A stretch of 64,000 nt of DNA from assembly GCA_951406725.2 (NCBI GenBank), contig OX597824.1, positions 59,024,001-59,088,000 of the forward strand. The letters are read 5' to 3'. The notes under the pieces were generated by a model, which searched no databases, was not told where the DNA came from, and was given only the letters and a program-made list of their open reading frames with translations. The DNA is from Octopus vulgaris (Eukaryota). Shown in pieces: positions 11,720 through 26,134 of this stretch. The position numbers were made by a program, and so were the translations under genes. How positions within the stretch are numbered: the stretch's first letter is position 1; each line of letters begins with the position of its first letter.

Positions 11720-12955
11720 ATTCTTGATGTGAATTCGTATGTTGAAACAGATATTGCTGTATTTGCGGATGGTAACGTTGCCAGTTTAGCCAATAAAAAC
11801 ACACGCACTATATATTTGGTGTTCACTTGTTTCAGCTTTATATTAATCGTATTTCAGCCAGAGTTATTTCGTCATACTTCTTTGAATTCATCAGTTGTCC
11901 TTTGCTTTCCTCTTTATTTTATGTGCGTCTTTTCTTACTAATGATCAGCCATTTTGTATTCCTCTTGTATGTGTCTTAATTTGCGCATGCATATATCCCT
12001 GTGTGTGTCTATGTTTAGTAAGTGTGTTGTGTGTGTGTGGGGGATGTGCCTGTATTATTAGTATCCCCTGTTTATACACGTTCGTTTCATTTTATTTATT
12101 TTGTTCGTTTGTTTATTTTTATCTACTTATTTTTCTTTTCTTTCCTTTTTTTGTATTTAATTTAGTTTAATTTATTTTGTTAATGTATATAGTTATTTAG
12201 TTCCATATATTTATTTGTGTATTGTATTATATTCATATTATTATCAGTTTATGGGGATCTTATTCTGTCATAGGTTGTGGTGTGTTGGATGTGTGTGCTA
12301 GTGTTCAGTTCTAGTTTCCTATTCAGGCTAGGTTTACGTTCTATTATGTGTGTAGCTTCCGTAATTTGTCTAGGCGTTGCGTCTGTTCTATGCGTGGACA
12401 AGATTTTAACTTCTATGTTGCTAAGCGAGTCCCCGTGTTCCTGCTCGGCGTGTTAGTAAAGAACCGATGAGACCTCTTCCTTAAGTTCCCTCTAATGCTG
12501 TTTTACCCGCTCTCCTATGCTCCGCGTTGTTTCCCCTACGTACGTCGTTGTCATGTTACTGCACCGTCCCTCTGTGCATCATATAGCTATACAGTTTGTT
12601 TGTGGGCTAAATCTACATACAATTTAGTTCCTATCAGTACAGGGGGTTCTACTGATTAGGGATTTGATAGGGTTGCCTGGCCTTTCTACAACATTAATTC
12701 TTAGCTTAAGTTTGTTCAGGGCCCTTCTAAAGCGGTATGCCAGTTCGCCTCTAGGGGTAGTGTCGACGAACATGACACTCTGGTATTTGTGGCTGTCATA
12801 CCATGAGTTGGCCTTCCCTATTTTCTTCTTAGCCCTTTCAATGGTGTTCCATTCCTATCGCTATGTATGTTAGTTTCAAATTTCTTCATGGCTCCATTTT
12901 ATACTCTGATCCTTTCTCTATGGCTGTATCCTAAGAACTGCATACCTTTTCATGG
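11720..12955 (-). mobile_element. Penelope-like element remnant (GIY-YIG endonuclease plus 3' pseudo-LTR region)
   Basis: Minus-strand translation near 12545-12310 reads TYVGETTRSIGERVKQH*..HAEQEHG..IEVKILST..RQITEATHIIERKPSLNRKLE. A degenerate HHR lies downstream at 11858-11897. Confidence 0.85.
11858..11897 (-). ncRNA. degenerate hammerhead ribozyme in the PLE pseudo-LTR
   Basis: Minus strand caa-CTGATGA-attcaaagaagtatgac-GAAA-taac-TC-tgg. The core boxes are intact but the stems are eroded; homologues lie at ~34205-34235 and 39621-39657. Confidence 0.45.
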
Positions 12956-13044
12956 TAAGGTAGGACAGAAAGCTTAAAGAACGCCTGACACACAACTCCA
13001 TACTCATGAACATGTACTCTCGCTATGTCGATGATATCAACGTA

Positions 13045-13047
<3 letters not shown>
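12956..13047 (+). mobile_element. inverted PLE reverse-transcriptase fragment
   Basis: DRKLKERLTHNSILMNMYSRYVDDINVV (YVDD catalytic motif), opposite in orientation to the adjoining GIY-YIG region. Confidence 0.75.
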
Positions 13048-13088
<41 letters not shown>

Positions 13089-14220
13089 TTACACTTATAT
13101 ATATATATATATAACTTTTACCGCCACATTGACCTTACTTTTAAGTACTAAACTCCGACCGTTTAATAATAGACATTTGATGCTCAAGAAACAGAAAAAA
13201 TCAAGAGACAAAGAAACGTGAGTGAGATAGAAAAATAACCGAAAAATTAACACAAAAAACAAGCACACAGTACTACATAGAGACCCCTACTCGAAGAAAC
13301 AGTTATTAAAACGTCCATTATCAATGTCATTTCATTTGACTTAATACCTACCACCTCAGTCTTCCTGACAGGCGACTTATGAAAAGGGCAGTCAGCTTGT
13401 TATAAACTCTATCAAGATTATTAAGTGCACAGGACCAAAGGTCATACTGTAATTACATGTTGATATTGTAATTATTCTGGAATACATATTTCTCTATAGC
13501 TATTTCATATGAATCTTACTATGGAAGCCACAAATCTACATACATACATACATAATTATATACATACATACATACATACATACATGCATTCATACATACA
13601 TATATACATACATACATAAACACATTCATACATATATACATACATACATACATATATACATACATACATACATGTAGATACACTCCCATATATACATATA
13701 TGTATATGTATACATGCACACAATATTAGACGTGTACTAATACCCTTTTTCCATCGATAGCATTATGCCCCAATGGTAGACTATTTTCTTTTGCCAAAAC
13801 ATGGTGAACGCTTATAGACTGAAAGCTTATAATTACTATTTACAGAGTTTTCACTCCTCACCGTATCTTAAGTTAATGCAGAATATTTTATTATATTTGT
13901 GCTTTGACTTGTAAACTGTTTAGGTTTAAAGTGTGAAATTATACACAGTAAAGTAGATGCCTCACTTTAAGAGCTAGTCCTCTAATACACAATACAAGAC
14001 TATTTTGTATTGTCTGTACACGGCGAACACTTAAAAGGCTTAACTCTCATAACTATTATTTAAAAAACAATAAAATATGCGTTAAAGCTTAAGGCTTAAA
14101 ATTATTTGAAGAACAATAAAATATCCTTTAATTCTGTGTTTGTGTTTCTTTTCGCCTATTCAGAATTTCAACAGATAGGGCCACCGGCCGAAGATTTTCC
14201 GCGGAGTATAGTTGACAGCG

Positions 14221-14503
14221 TGGAGGCACATTGCCAAGTGGTTAGAGCAGCGGACTCGCGGTGGAGGGATCGCGGGCTCGAATCTCAGACCGGGCAAAGT
14301 GTGTGTTTATGAGAGAAACACCGGCAGAAGAAAACGGCGAACTTCTGCTGACTCTTTCGCCACAACATTTTCTTACTCTCTCCTCCTGCATCTAGCAACT
14401 CACCTGCAACGGACCGGCGTCCCGTAAAGTTGGGGAACCTATACGCCAATGAAACCGGGAAACCGGCCCTTATGTGCCAGGCATGGCTCGAAAAGGAACA
14501 AAC
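14221..14503 (+). mobile_element. tRNA-derived SINE, family C (V-SINE-like 3' domain)
   Basis: Head TTGCCAAGTGGTTAGAGCAGCGGACTCGCGG..GGGCTCGAATCTC. 3' part CTGCAACGGACCGGCGTCCCGT..GAAACCGGGAAACCGGCCC. Confidence 0.75.
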
Positions 14504-14559
14504 ACCCACATAGTTAACAGTAGTTACATATTCAAACAAAAAAGTACGCAATACGTCAT

Positions 14560-14780
14560 AACGAGGATGTCGTTTATAAGTGTAAATTTAGAAAGAAAAT
14601 GGAGGCTGCAACAACCAAAGACACTATCACGGATCCCTTGTGAACTTTGTATTAGACGCTTCCATGCAAGAATCGGCCTCATTAGTCATCATAAACACAG
14701 ACAGAGAGGAAGAAGTAGTCAAGAAGAAACCAAATAAATCATCGGACACAATGAAACGCCGCCGCCGACAACGACGACGA
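14560..14780 (+). mobile_element. RTE (BovB-like) LINE 3' end
   Basis: IPCELCIRRFHARIGLISHHKH is the C-terminal zinc-finger motif typical of RTE ORFs; a short CGC/CGA tail follows. Confidence 0.7.
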
Positions 14781-14809
14781 TATATATACATATATACATA
14801 TATACATTT

Positions 14810-15050
14810 ATTCTTTTATTCTTTTACTTGTTCTAGTCATTTAACTGCGGCCATGCTGGAACGCCGCCTTAAAAATTTTTAGTTGAAGAAATCGTCCCAG
14901 AATTTATTCTTCGTATGCCTAGTATTTATTCTACCAATCTCTTTGGCCGAACAGTAAGTTACGCGGACACACCAACATCGGTTGTCAAGCGAAAGTGATA
15001 GGACAAACACAAACGCATACACTAACACACACAAATACATACATGCTCAC

Positions 15051-15111
<61 letters not shown>

Positions 15112-15268
15112 CGACAGGCTTCCATCAGTTTCCGCGTGGCAAATACACTCGCAAGGCTTTTGTCGGTCCGAAACTTTTGTAAAATACACTTGCTCACGGT
15201 GCCACGCAGTGGGACTGAACACGGACCCATCTGGTTGAGAAGCAAGCTTCTTACTACACAGCCACATC
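14810..15268 (-). mobile_element. SINE family A copy with internal (AC)n/(AT)n
   Basis: Colinear with the 11327-11671 copy in reverse. Confidence 0.85.
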
Positions 15269-15271
15269 TGC

Positions 15272-16080
15272 ATACCATCTGGTTGATAACATATGAAGAA
15301 TAAGGGCCCTTCTGTGCCTGTCTTTTGTCCGATTATATACGCAGTATAAGTTGTACGATTTTTACTCTGTCGTTGTTTATTTACAATACTTTTCTTTCAT
15401 TTATTAAGTAAGGGAAGGCAACGCAACCCGGCTTTCATTAATAGTAAGTGCGAATCTATTTCTAGCCTTCACTCTTATTCCTTTTCACTCTCATTCTCGC
15501 CATCTTACTTCTATTTCTAGGATTCCTCCTTTCTCCTTTTCCCCTTCGTCCCTTCCCTTGTTTTCTCTCTGTCGCTCTTTCTCTCCCTTTCTCTTGCCCT
15601 CTCTTTTCTCCGCCTGCTGCTGACACGTGACCCGTAGCCAGCCCTTCTTTCTCTCCCTTTTTCACACCGGTTGCGCAGTTGACCGGTCCTGAATCCTCTG
15701 TGCCCTACTGACTTGCTATTTTTTGTTTTGTAATCTTTTAGGATGCCTTCTAAGCGCTGGCCACTATTCTTGTCGTTTTGGCCCCAAGGCTATATTTTGC
15801 TCTTTTATTGTTTGTTTTGTCTTTGTCCAGCATCTTAAATTAGATTTATTGACTTTCGTATGTCCATTCTGTATTGTTTTATTTGCTCCCGGCCCTATAT
15901 TCTCTGCGACTTTCGCGGGCACCGCCCGCATGGAAGTTATTAGTCTTATCATAGAAGGTGCGAAACTGAGTAATACTATCTGGTTGATAACTGATGAAGA
16001 ATTAGCGACCATCTGTGTCTGTCTCCGGTCCGGTGGTACACTCAGTATACGTTCTACATTTTTTACTCTGTCATCATACA
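15272..16080 (+). mobile_element. ~800-bp non-coding element with diverged ~100-bp direct terminal repeats
   Basis: 15276-15375 resembles 15977-16077 (ATCTGGTTGATAAC..TGAAGAAT..TTTTTACTCTGTC). It has a pyrimidine-rich interior and CACGTGACC, and is related to 31440-32140 (minus). Confidence 0.55.
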
Positions 16081-16106
16081 ATACTTTTGTTCAAATATAT
16101 ATATAT

Positions 16107-16818
<712 letters not shown>

Positions 16819-16828
16819 CAAATATTAT

Positions 16829-17500
16829 ACGCACTCTTGTATTTTCAATGTATTTACACAAAAGCAAGGGATAAAACAAGTCCTTCAGTTTTCTATATAG
16901 TTTCCTTCCTTTTTGATGTACTTGGTTGAGCGGTCCACAGGCGTGTGTCTTCCCTCCAGGAAGGTTTTCAGTCGTGAATAATTTATGCACCATTTCCTTC
17001 ACATCTTCATTCATAGGAAATCGACGACCTCGTAAACCATTTTTGAACAGTCCAATGATAGTCGGAAGGGGCGAGATCTGGGCTGTAGGCATGGTGTTCC
17101 AGCACCCCAAAATCCAATTTATTAATGGTTTGAATGGTCTGGGTGGCAGTGTGTAGGCGTGCTTTGTCATGCAACAACAAAACTGTCTGCAACAATAGGC
17201 TTCGGCGTTTGGTGCCAATTGCTAGCTTCAGTTTGTTGGCCAGCAAAGTAAGGTATCTTGTACTGTTGATCATACACTCCTTTTCCAGAGAAATTGGATC
17301 ATTCCTCTTCCTTCTTATTTGCTGCACATTGCTAGTGGAGCGACCAGGTTGACACTGAAAGAAGAATGGTGTGATCAGACTCAAACTTTGATCACGTGAC
17401 TTTAATAGTACCAACTATAAGCACGCATGAGCCGAAGGCAATGTGATAATAATAAAGATAGGTTATGGCGAAAGTACGAATATTTTTTGACTTCTCCTCG

Positions 17501-17501
<1 letters not shown>
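16829..17501 (-). mobile_element. mariner transposon remnant, internally deleted
   Basis: LLLHDKARLH..VLEHHAYSPDLAPSDYH followed by LFKNGLRGRRF..DVKEMV. The minus-strand start TACGAGGAGAAGTCAAAAAATA resembles a mariner TIR. Confidence 0.85.
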
Positions 17502-17532
<31 letters not shown>

Positions 17533-17798
17533 TGTATGTATGTATGTATGTATGTATGCATGCATGTATGCATGTATGTATGTAAGTATGCATGTATAGA
17601 GTGTTTGAAATGATGTACAGATATTGTATATTGAGAACAAGGAGGCAGTCAGAATTTTAGATAATTCTTTATAATGCCACGGAAGTGTTAATAAAGAATT
17701 ATCCATAATACTGACAACCTCCTTTTTCTCAATATAAATATAAATATATATGTGTGTATGTGAGCGCGCGCATGAGTGTGTGTGTGCGTGTACGTGTA

Positions 17799-17900
17799 CA
17801 GGGTACAATGAATAAGCTGTCGTCTAAATAACGCAAAAATTAAAATAACACTGACATCTCATTTTAACAGACATATTTACCAAAATCACATAAAAATATC
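17799..17900 (-). mobile_element. terminal fragment of the Tc1/maT-like element at 52804-53600
   Basis: TACAGGGTAC..GTCGTCTAAATAACGCAAAAAT..TTTTAACAGACATATTTACCAAAAT is the reverse complement of ~53500-53600. Confidence 0.75.
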
Positions 17901-18030
17901 TGACAGAGTGAATTGCGTCATGGTACAGTTTTTCTCACAGACGGTGCCACTGCTATTCTGTGTAGTGGACAAAAAAACAAAGAATGCGCATGCACGACAT
18001 TAAAATTATAAAATGGCGATAATTTATCAA

Positions 18031-18201
18031 ATGGATTAAGTCGATTACATCGACCCCAATGCATAACTGGTTCTTATTTAACCGACCACGAAAGGTTGAA
18101 AGGCAAAGTCGACCTCGGCGGAATTTGAACTCAGAACATAACGGCACACGAATTATCGCTAAGCATTTCGCTCGGTGTGCTAACGTTTCTGCCAGCTCGC
18201 C
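18031..18201 (-). mobile_element. SINE family B copy
   Basis: AAGGCAAAGTCGACCTCGGCGGAATTTGAACTCAGAAC..TTCTGCCAGCTCGCC. Confidence 0.85.
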
Positions 18202-18750
18202 TATTGTATAATATATTAACATATACAAGCATATTACATGCATACACTGCACATATATATGCACACATGTATACACGCGCACGTATGCACGCGCACACAA
18301 AGTGAAGCGAGTACTTTTCTCTCTGTGTGTGTGTGTGTGTGCATGCGCGCGTGTCTAAACGTGTCTATCTTGAAAACAACGAAATATAATCAAGAGAAAA
18401 ACCTAGTTTGAGATGTCTCCATAGTGTATTCAGCTCTTATTTTGTGAATCCTGAGAAAACAACCGTCCGTTGCATGTGAAGTTGGTAGTAAATACAAAAT
18501 AAGACTGTGATTGTGTTTACATTAGAAACATCAATGTGGTACACGATGTGTTTTTGCTGCTGTATTGACAAGTTAACAGATTGAAGTGTTTCTCTAACGA
18601 TAGAAAATGGCGGTGTGTTGTGTGTTAACAGCGACATTGATTTGTTTTGGCAAGGCAAAGCAAAACGTGGAAAAGACGTGTGTAACAAGATTCCTCCAAT
18701 TGATTTTATTTCGTCTTTCATTAAGTCGTATTTTCTTGAGATTTCTCAGC

Positions 18751-18782
<32 letters not shown>

Positions 18783-18998
18783 GCACGCACACGCATGCAA
18801 GTACACGCACATACATACACGCACACATATGTATGTGTACATGTCTGTGCTTATATATATATATATAAATAAATACATATATGTGTGTGTATGTGTGCGC
18901 GTATGTATGTATACATGTATATGTGTATATGTATATAGACACACACACATATACTTACACATATACATACATTCATACATATGTACACACATACAGAC

Positions 18999-19030
<32 letters not shown>

Positions 19031-19835
19031 GTATAAAGTTGTTAAGTCGTTTGAATTTTTGAACAAATCATGATGCGGGCCAATCCTTGAAGAATGCTGA
19101 GAACACACTTTTTTCACGTTGTCTGAGTAACAATTTTTTGCAAAACGATTAGAAAAAGATAACGAAACAAACGACAAAATTCCAAATATAAAGGAGAAAA
19201 GAAAACTCGGTAAAATATATAAATTATTAAGAACAATCATTAAAAGTGAAGATCATTCCACAAATGTAGATTAAACAGTTTAACACTGCTCTTTTGTGTA
19301 GGACGTGTGTTTCTTGGGGACCAGCCCCTTATAACTTTAGCACCCTTTCTCTCATTTACGTGTCATGTCTTTTCCCCAGATCTAAGACGCCATATCTGTC
19401 AGCGCTGTGCCTTTTATATTTTCGCCTTGATAGTAGTAATAACAGCTAAACGATGTAATCTGTGAACAGATCAATTCGTTCAATTTGTTACATGTTTCGT
19501 TGTTATTACGTTTGTTTGTATCGTCTTGTATATTTGTTTGTTTATTTCACATGACAATTTCCTGATCCGGTTTAAAGACATTTTAAAAGTTGGATAACTC
19601 ACGTACATAGTTGAAGACATGTTGACGTAGAGCAGAGAAGAAAAACCGAAGAAAAAATTTGGTAAGAGAGAAGAAAATAGAAATAAATGAATAGGGGCAA
19701 AGACAAATATGGAGTTTAGGCTGAAACAGAAAACAGAAAGACAAGCTGAAAATAAGATTCAATGAGTGTAAAATGTCACGATGTATATTCACTTTCTAAA
19801 TCTCGTCTGATGCACACGCACACACGCACACACAC

Positions 19836-19883
<48 letters not shown>

Positions 19884-20041
19884 ACACACACACATTTACA
19901 TGCGTACACCATACAAACACACTCACACATACACACATATTAGAAAGCTAGACAGACAGATGGTTATATAGACAGATAGATAGCTAGATAGATATAGATA
20001 GACAGGCAGAGAGATATTGATCTACTTATATATAAATGTGA

Positions 20042-20072
<31 letters not shown>

Positions 20073-20119
20073 TGTATGTATGTATATACATACATACATA
20101 CATATATATATATATACAT

Positions 20120-20184
<65 letters not shown>

Positions 20185-20221
20185 TATGTATAAATGTGCA
20201 TATACACACGCAGAAACGCAT

Positions 20222-21612
<1,391 letters not shown>

Positions 21613-21726
21613 GAACTTTGAATCTGTTCTTCTTAATCCACAAGTTCCCGACTTTTTAATCTACATTTCTAATATTAAACACAGTGTTCTGGTTCCAGTA
21701 TTTGACTAAATAGTAATGAGGCGTAT

Positions 21727-21849
<123 letters not shown>

Positions 21850-23000
21850 ATTATTCGGACGCACAATTGCTGAATTATGCTGATAATGTAACATTCATTT
21901 CATGTAATCCTCTCAGACTATAAAGAATGTAAGCTGGCGAAATCTTATTCGTTCGGCGGAGTGCAATGTTAGATCAATATACTTTGGTTTTTAATCTCGT
22001 ATTGTGGAGCCATAATTCCGGTAGGAACTTCAGTATGTTCATAAATGGGCAAGCTGTGTATGCAGGTTCACTTTAAGTATCGCATTGCTAACTTGCAGAC
22101 TGCAACGATTATGCTGACTTTGAAGGGATAGTTATTGGAAAAGTTGGTTCGTTTCTTGAGCGTGAAATCTGGCTAGTGAGAGATAGAAATGTTGGATAGC
22201 TATTACCTGATAACGAGATCGTGAAGGTAGGCACTGTATTGTTGAGGTGGTAAGTGAAGGATTTGTCATATATGGTCGGACTCGTAACTGTCACAATGTT
22301 ATTTGCTGTGTATTCGGTTTGTGTGCAGAATTCCATTTAAGCTGTTACGCGATTCGGCAAAAGTTGTATTCAATATCAAATTTCAGCTCGTTATCGATCA
22401 CTAAAACCAGATAAATTCCGCAGCGAGGCTGAGATGGGCGAGTTGTGTGCGATGGAGATACAGATAGATCTGTGACTGGAGATGGAATGATGGTGACGGA
22501 ATGTGTATCGATTGTGAGAGTTATGCATTAATCAAAGTTGATTTTATAGAGAAATTATTATGGTGGTGTATATTAAATATCTAAAAATTGTGTAAATGGA
22601 CTCTTTTCACGGTAGATACAGCTGTGTAAACGTTCACTTCGGTAAATTGAAGCGAACGTTTCTGGAAGAATTGTGCCTGAATTCAAGTTGTGATGCATGC
22701 TCTGGAATCTTTCATATGTTTTGATGGCGTACGCTATGAAGATAGGAGATACCGCAGGAATTTCATGATGCAAAAGTTGTGCTTCAAAAAACCAGCAGAG
22801 AGAAAGAATTCAGGTAAAAGAAGGTTATTGACGATGACTGGATTCACAGCGCTTTTTAAAGTGGTGTTGCTCTGCCAGACTAAATCTTCGTACGTTTCTC
22901 CGGTAGTTGGATAAGTTCTCCCACGATAACAAATTTAATAATCTGATATTTTAGAGAGTGAAGAAAGAATTTCTGCGTATCTTTGAACTGTAGAAGTTAA
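21850..23000 (-). mobile_element. highly decayed CR1-group-like LINE; a short YADN-containing piece at ~21850-21900 is on the plus strand
   Basis: Minus-strand remnants LVIDNELKFDI and FTQFLDI, plus-strand DAQLLNYADNV; heavily disrupted. Confidence 0.4.
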
Positions 23001-24187
23001 ATGAAATGCAACATTGCAGGGGTGTAGGTGGGCGAGGCTAGATTTTAAAAATGGCTACCTGCATGAAATCTACAAATTTTATTCTGTCTCTAACCTCCAG
23101 CCAGGTAAAATATGCCGCAGCGAGGAAATATTCTGTCACACACAGATAGGTTTGCATTATATCTAGAGATGTGCTTGCTTGTTGGATTATTTGAATTAAT
23201 TCAGAACATAATTCAAGGAAAAACAAAAAACTTAATAATGCTCACATACCTTTTATTGCAACCAGTCATGTATTGTATCGAAAGGAAAATTATGAAATTC
23301 TGTGTTCCTTCGTGTGGTATACTTCCTTTACTTACAATAGCATCAGTATGAATTGAACAAATGCTGAGACTCTGCACATTTATTCGGCTTTTGAGAAAGA
23401 ATAGTCAAATCTTTATCAACTTACATCTTGCCAACTGAAAAATAGCAAGAACACATCAATTAATATTGTCCTAAATGGCTAAAACTACAGGTTGACTGAA
23501 GTTGTAATACTGTGGTCAAAGGTCTGCTCAAACTCACCAAGGACGATGTAAAACTATTTCAAACAACAAACTACCGAGAGAATGATTCTAAGTGGATGCT
23601 CGAATTATAAGAGACAACAGCCAAATCTGCATCAAACTTTGTCATACAATCTTAAGTAAGCGATGGAAACATCAGTTACTTTAGTCCTAAATGCCAAAGG
23701 GACCGGGTTATCATGGCTGGAATGCTTTGGGATTTGAGATCTGCTAAATAAATGTTGAACTTCTGCTAAAGAACAACAGTAACAGCAACGCGCATAATAA
23801 ACATCTAGTGATGTTGTGTATCGAACCTAGAGGTATCTGGCAAAACTCTGACCAAAACCCTAACTCAATACCTAAATCAATGTACAGTAACAATGCATTT
23901 GGAACGGGATGGAACGAACCAAGCGGCAGTAATGGAAAGGTCATAACAAAGTATTAAATGTGTGACAATTTCCATTGTTTCTCTCTTATCTATGTTATTC
24001 TATCTGGTGACCATGAAGAGTGTCTGACGACTGACCTCTCTCACCTCGAGTGGAGCAACGCTAATTATTTCGTTTCCCCCGATAAATTGATACTTATCGC
24101 TTAAGAATTAAAACTAAACTTAGATTATGTCTGTAATTGAATATCATAGAAGATATGCCCTGTAATGACATTTACGAGGAGGCCATA

Positions 24188-24257
<70 letters not shown>

Positions 24258-24361
24258 AACATACTTATTATATACATATATATGTATATATCTACATATA
24301 TATATATATATACACACACATTTACACACACAGATATATATATACACAAACATATATATTT

Positions 24362-24533
24362 TTTATTTGTTTCAGTCATTCGACTACGGTCATGCTGGAG
24401 TACAGTCTTTTGTTGCAGAAATCGATCCTATTATTCTTTGTAAGCCTAATACTTATTCCATCGGTGCCTTTTGCCGAATCGCTAAGTTACGGGAACGTAA
24501 ACACACCATCATCGGGAGACAAAGACAGACACA
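24362..24533 (-). mobile_element. SINE family A 3' part
   Basis: TTGTTTCAGTCATTCGACTACGGTCATGCTGGAG..GCTAAGTTACGGGAACGTAAACACACC. Confidence 0.8.
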
Positions 24534-24535
24534 CA

Positions 24536-24590
<55 letters not shown>

Positions 24591-24662
24591 CATACATATA
24601 AATAGATAGATAAAACTTACTTGGAAGAGGATGCGTGGCGCTCAGTCATATGATAATATAAG

Positions 24663-24728
<66 letters not shown>

Positions 24729-24973
24729 CAAATAAGAAAGTGGAGAGGATACAAAATGGACAGACATCAGCCAGTAAACCTTCCAGTATGTCTATTTATT
24801 CCAATGTATTAGAATGTATTACATGAATACATACATATTTATTAGTAGTACAGAATATCAAATATAAAGAGTTGGTAATTGCAAGAACAAGGGTGTGGAA
24901 GGGTATGATCATATAGGAACAGGTGATTGAATGAGTACATGAGCAAATGAGCAGATTGTCAGTAGGTGCTAGT

Positions 24974-25098
24974 TCCTTACGGCCGTTTCTGCCAAGAGAC
25001 AAGGAAATCTTCCAGGTTGTCTCCATCTCTTCAGTGTTGTGTTGGGATGAGGTGGCAAGACTTGGATAATGAATATGCCTCTAGGCTTCTTCAGAGGA
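24974..25098 (-). ncRNA. type I hammerhead ribozyme with a long stem II insertion
   Basis: Minus strand TCCT-CTGAAGA-a-GCCTAGAGGC...GTCTCTTGGC-a-GAAA-CGGCCG-TA-AGGA. Stem I is 4 bp, stem II pairs at 9 of 10 positions and stem III is palindromic. Confidence 0.8.
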
Positions 25099-25099
25099 T

Positions 25100-26030
25100 C
25101 TAAGTGGTTGGGAGGGCTAGCACATATAAAAAACAGTTAATAATCGCTATAGTGTGTTTGTCTTTTTAAGAAAAAGAGTAGAAAAAGAATAGGAGTGAAG
25201 ATGTGAGTGAAGTACATCTTACTATAATGATTTGGGTATAGCCAGATGAAATAAGATACAGACTTCCCATGATGTATTATCAGGTCCATGCTATTTCGTC
25301 CAATGGTGCATAGGTGAATAAATTCAGGAGGAGGTTTTTCAGGAAGGATAATTTTAGGCAGTAGCTAACATTATGTTTACATAGAACTTCAGTGGTGGGT
25401 TTGAAGGTATGGTCCGTGCTATGGAGGTGAAAGTTTATATGTAAAGTTAATAGGTACAACCTTGCGGATTGTATGGCATAAGCAGCTTATGATGATAAAC
25501 TCATCTTGGGAAATTAGGTATATCAGTGCATTAATGAGAGAAAGGGACGAGATGGGGTCAAAGTGTGATGTTAGTGTTCGTTACTTTTTGCCTACCAACA
25601 AGTCTCGAAATCCGTATGTGTAGTGGGGTGGATATTTACATGGATATATATATGTTTATACAACTATCGGTAATACTGTGTAATGCTAAAGGAGGGTAAA
25701 CCGTACAATTCTAATTAATTAATAATTTCGTACTGGAATAGTACTCCATTTCGGTCTTAGGGAAGGAGTTATATCAGTTGTAGGTGCAATTGGCGGTGTT
25801 TGTGTTTGGGTAAAGGTGTCAACTATGGTGTGTAGGCATCTATGGGTTTCGATGTATTAGGCATTATTATATATTATATCATATTCAATCATCTGATTGT
25901 ACATAATGGTTTATATTTAGTGTTGGGTAGTGTGCTATATTATTCTGATCAATTGCTAGGGTACATTTCAATTACTATGTGCTAGTATGTATGAGAAACT
26001 AGTCTTGCGTGTATTTTCTAAAGCTACATA
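25100..26030 (-). mobile_element. probable decayed Penelope-like element body upstream of the HHR
   Basis: It lies 5' of the HHR on the same strand; only faint coding-like remnants remain. Confidence 0.35.
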
Positions 26031-26134
26031 CGAGAGTGTTTTTTAGACCCAGTGTATAAGCTAGCTTTATGTAGAATATTCCTAACCAAGTGGCCACGCT
26101 TCCCTAAAATTTCGGGCCTAGAGTAGAAAAGAAT

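Noticed and set aside
14130-14220. Possible splice acceptor and exon (EFQQIGPPAEDFPRS)
   Set aside because: It runs into a SINE without a convincing donor and has no recognisable homology.
11327-14300. tRNA-like sequences at 11330, 14225 and similar sites
   Set aside because: They continue into SINE bodies and lack an intact cloverleaf, so they are SINE heads rather than tRNA genes.
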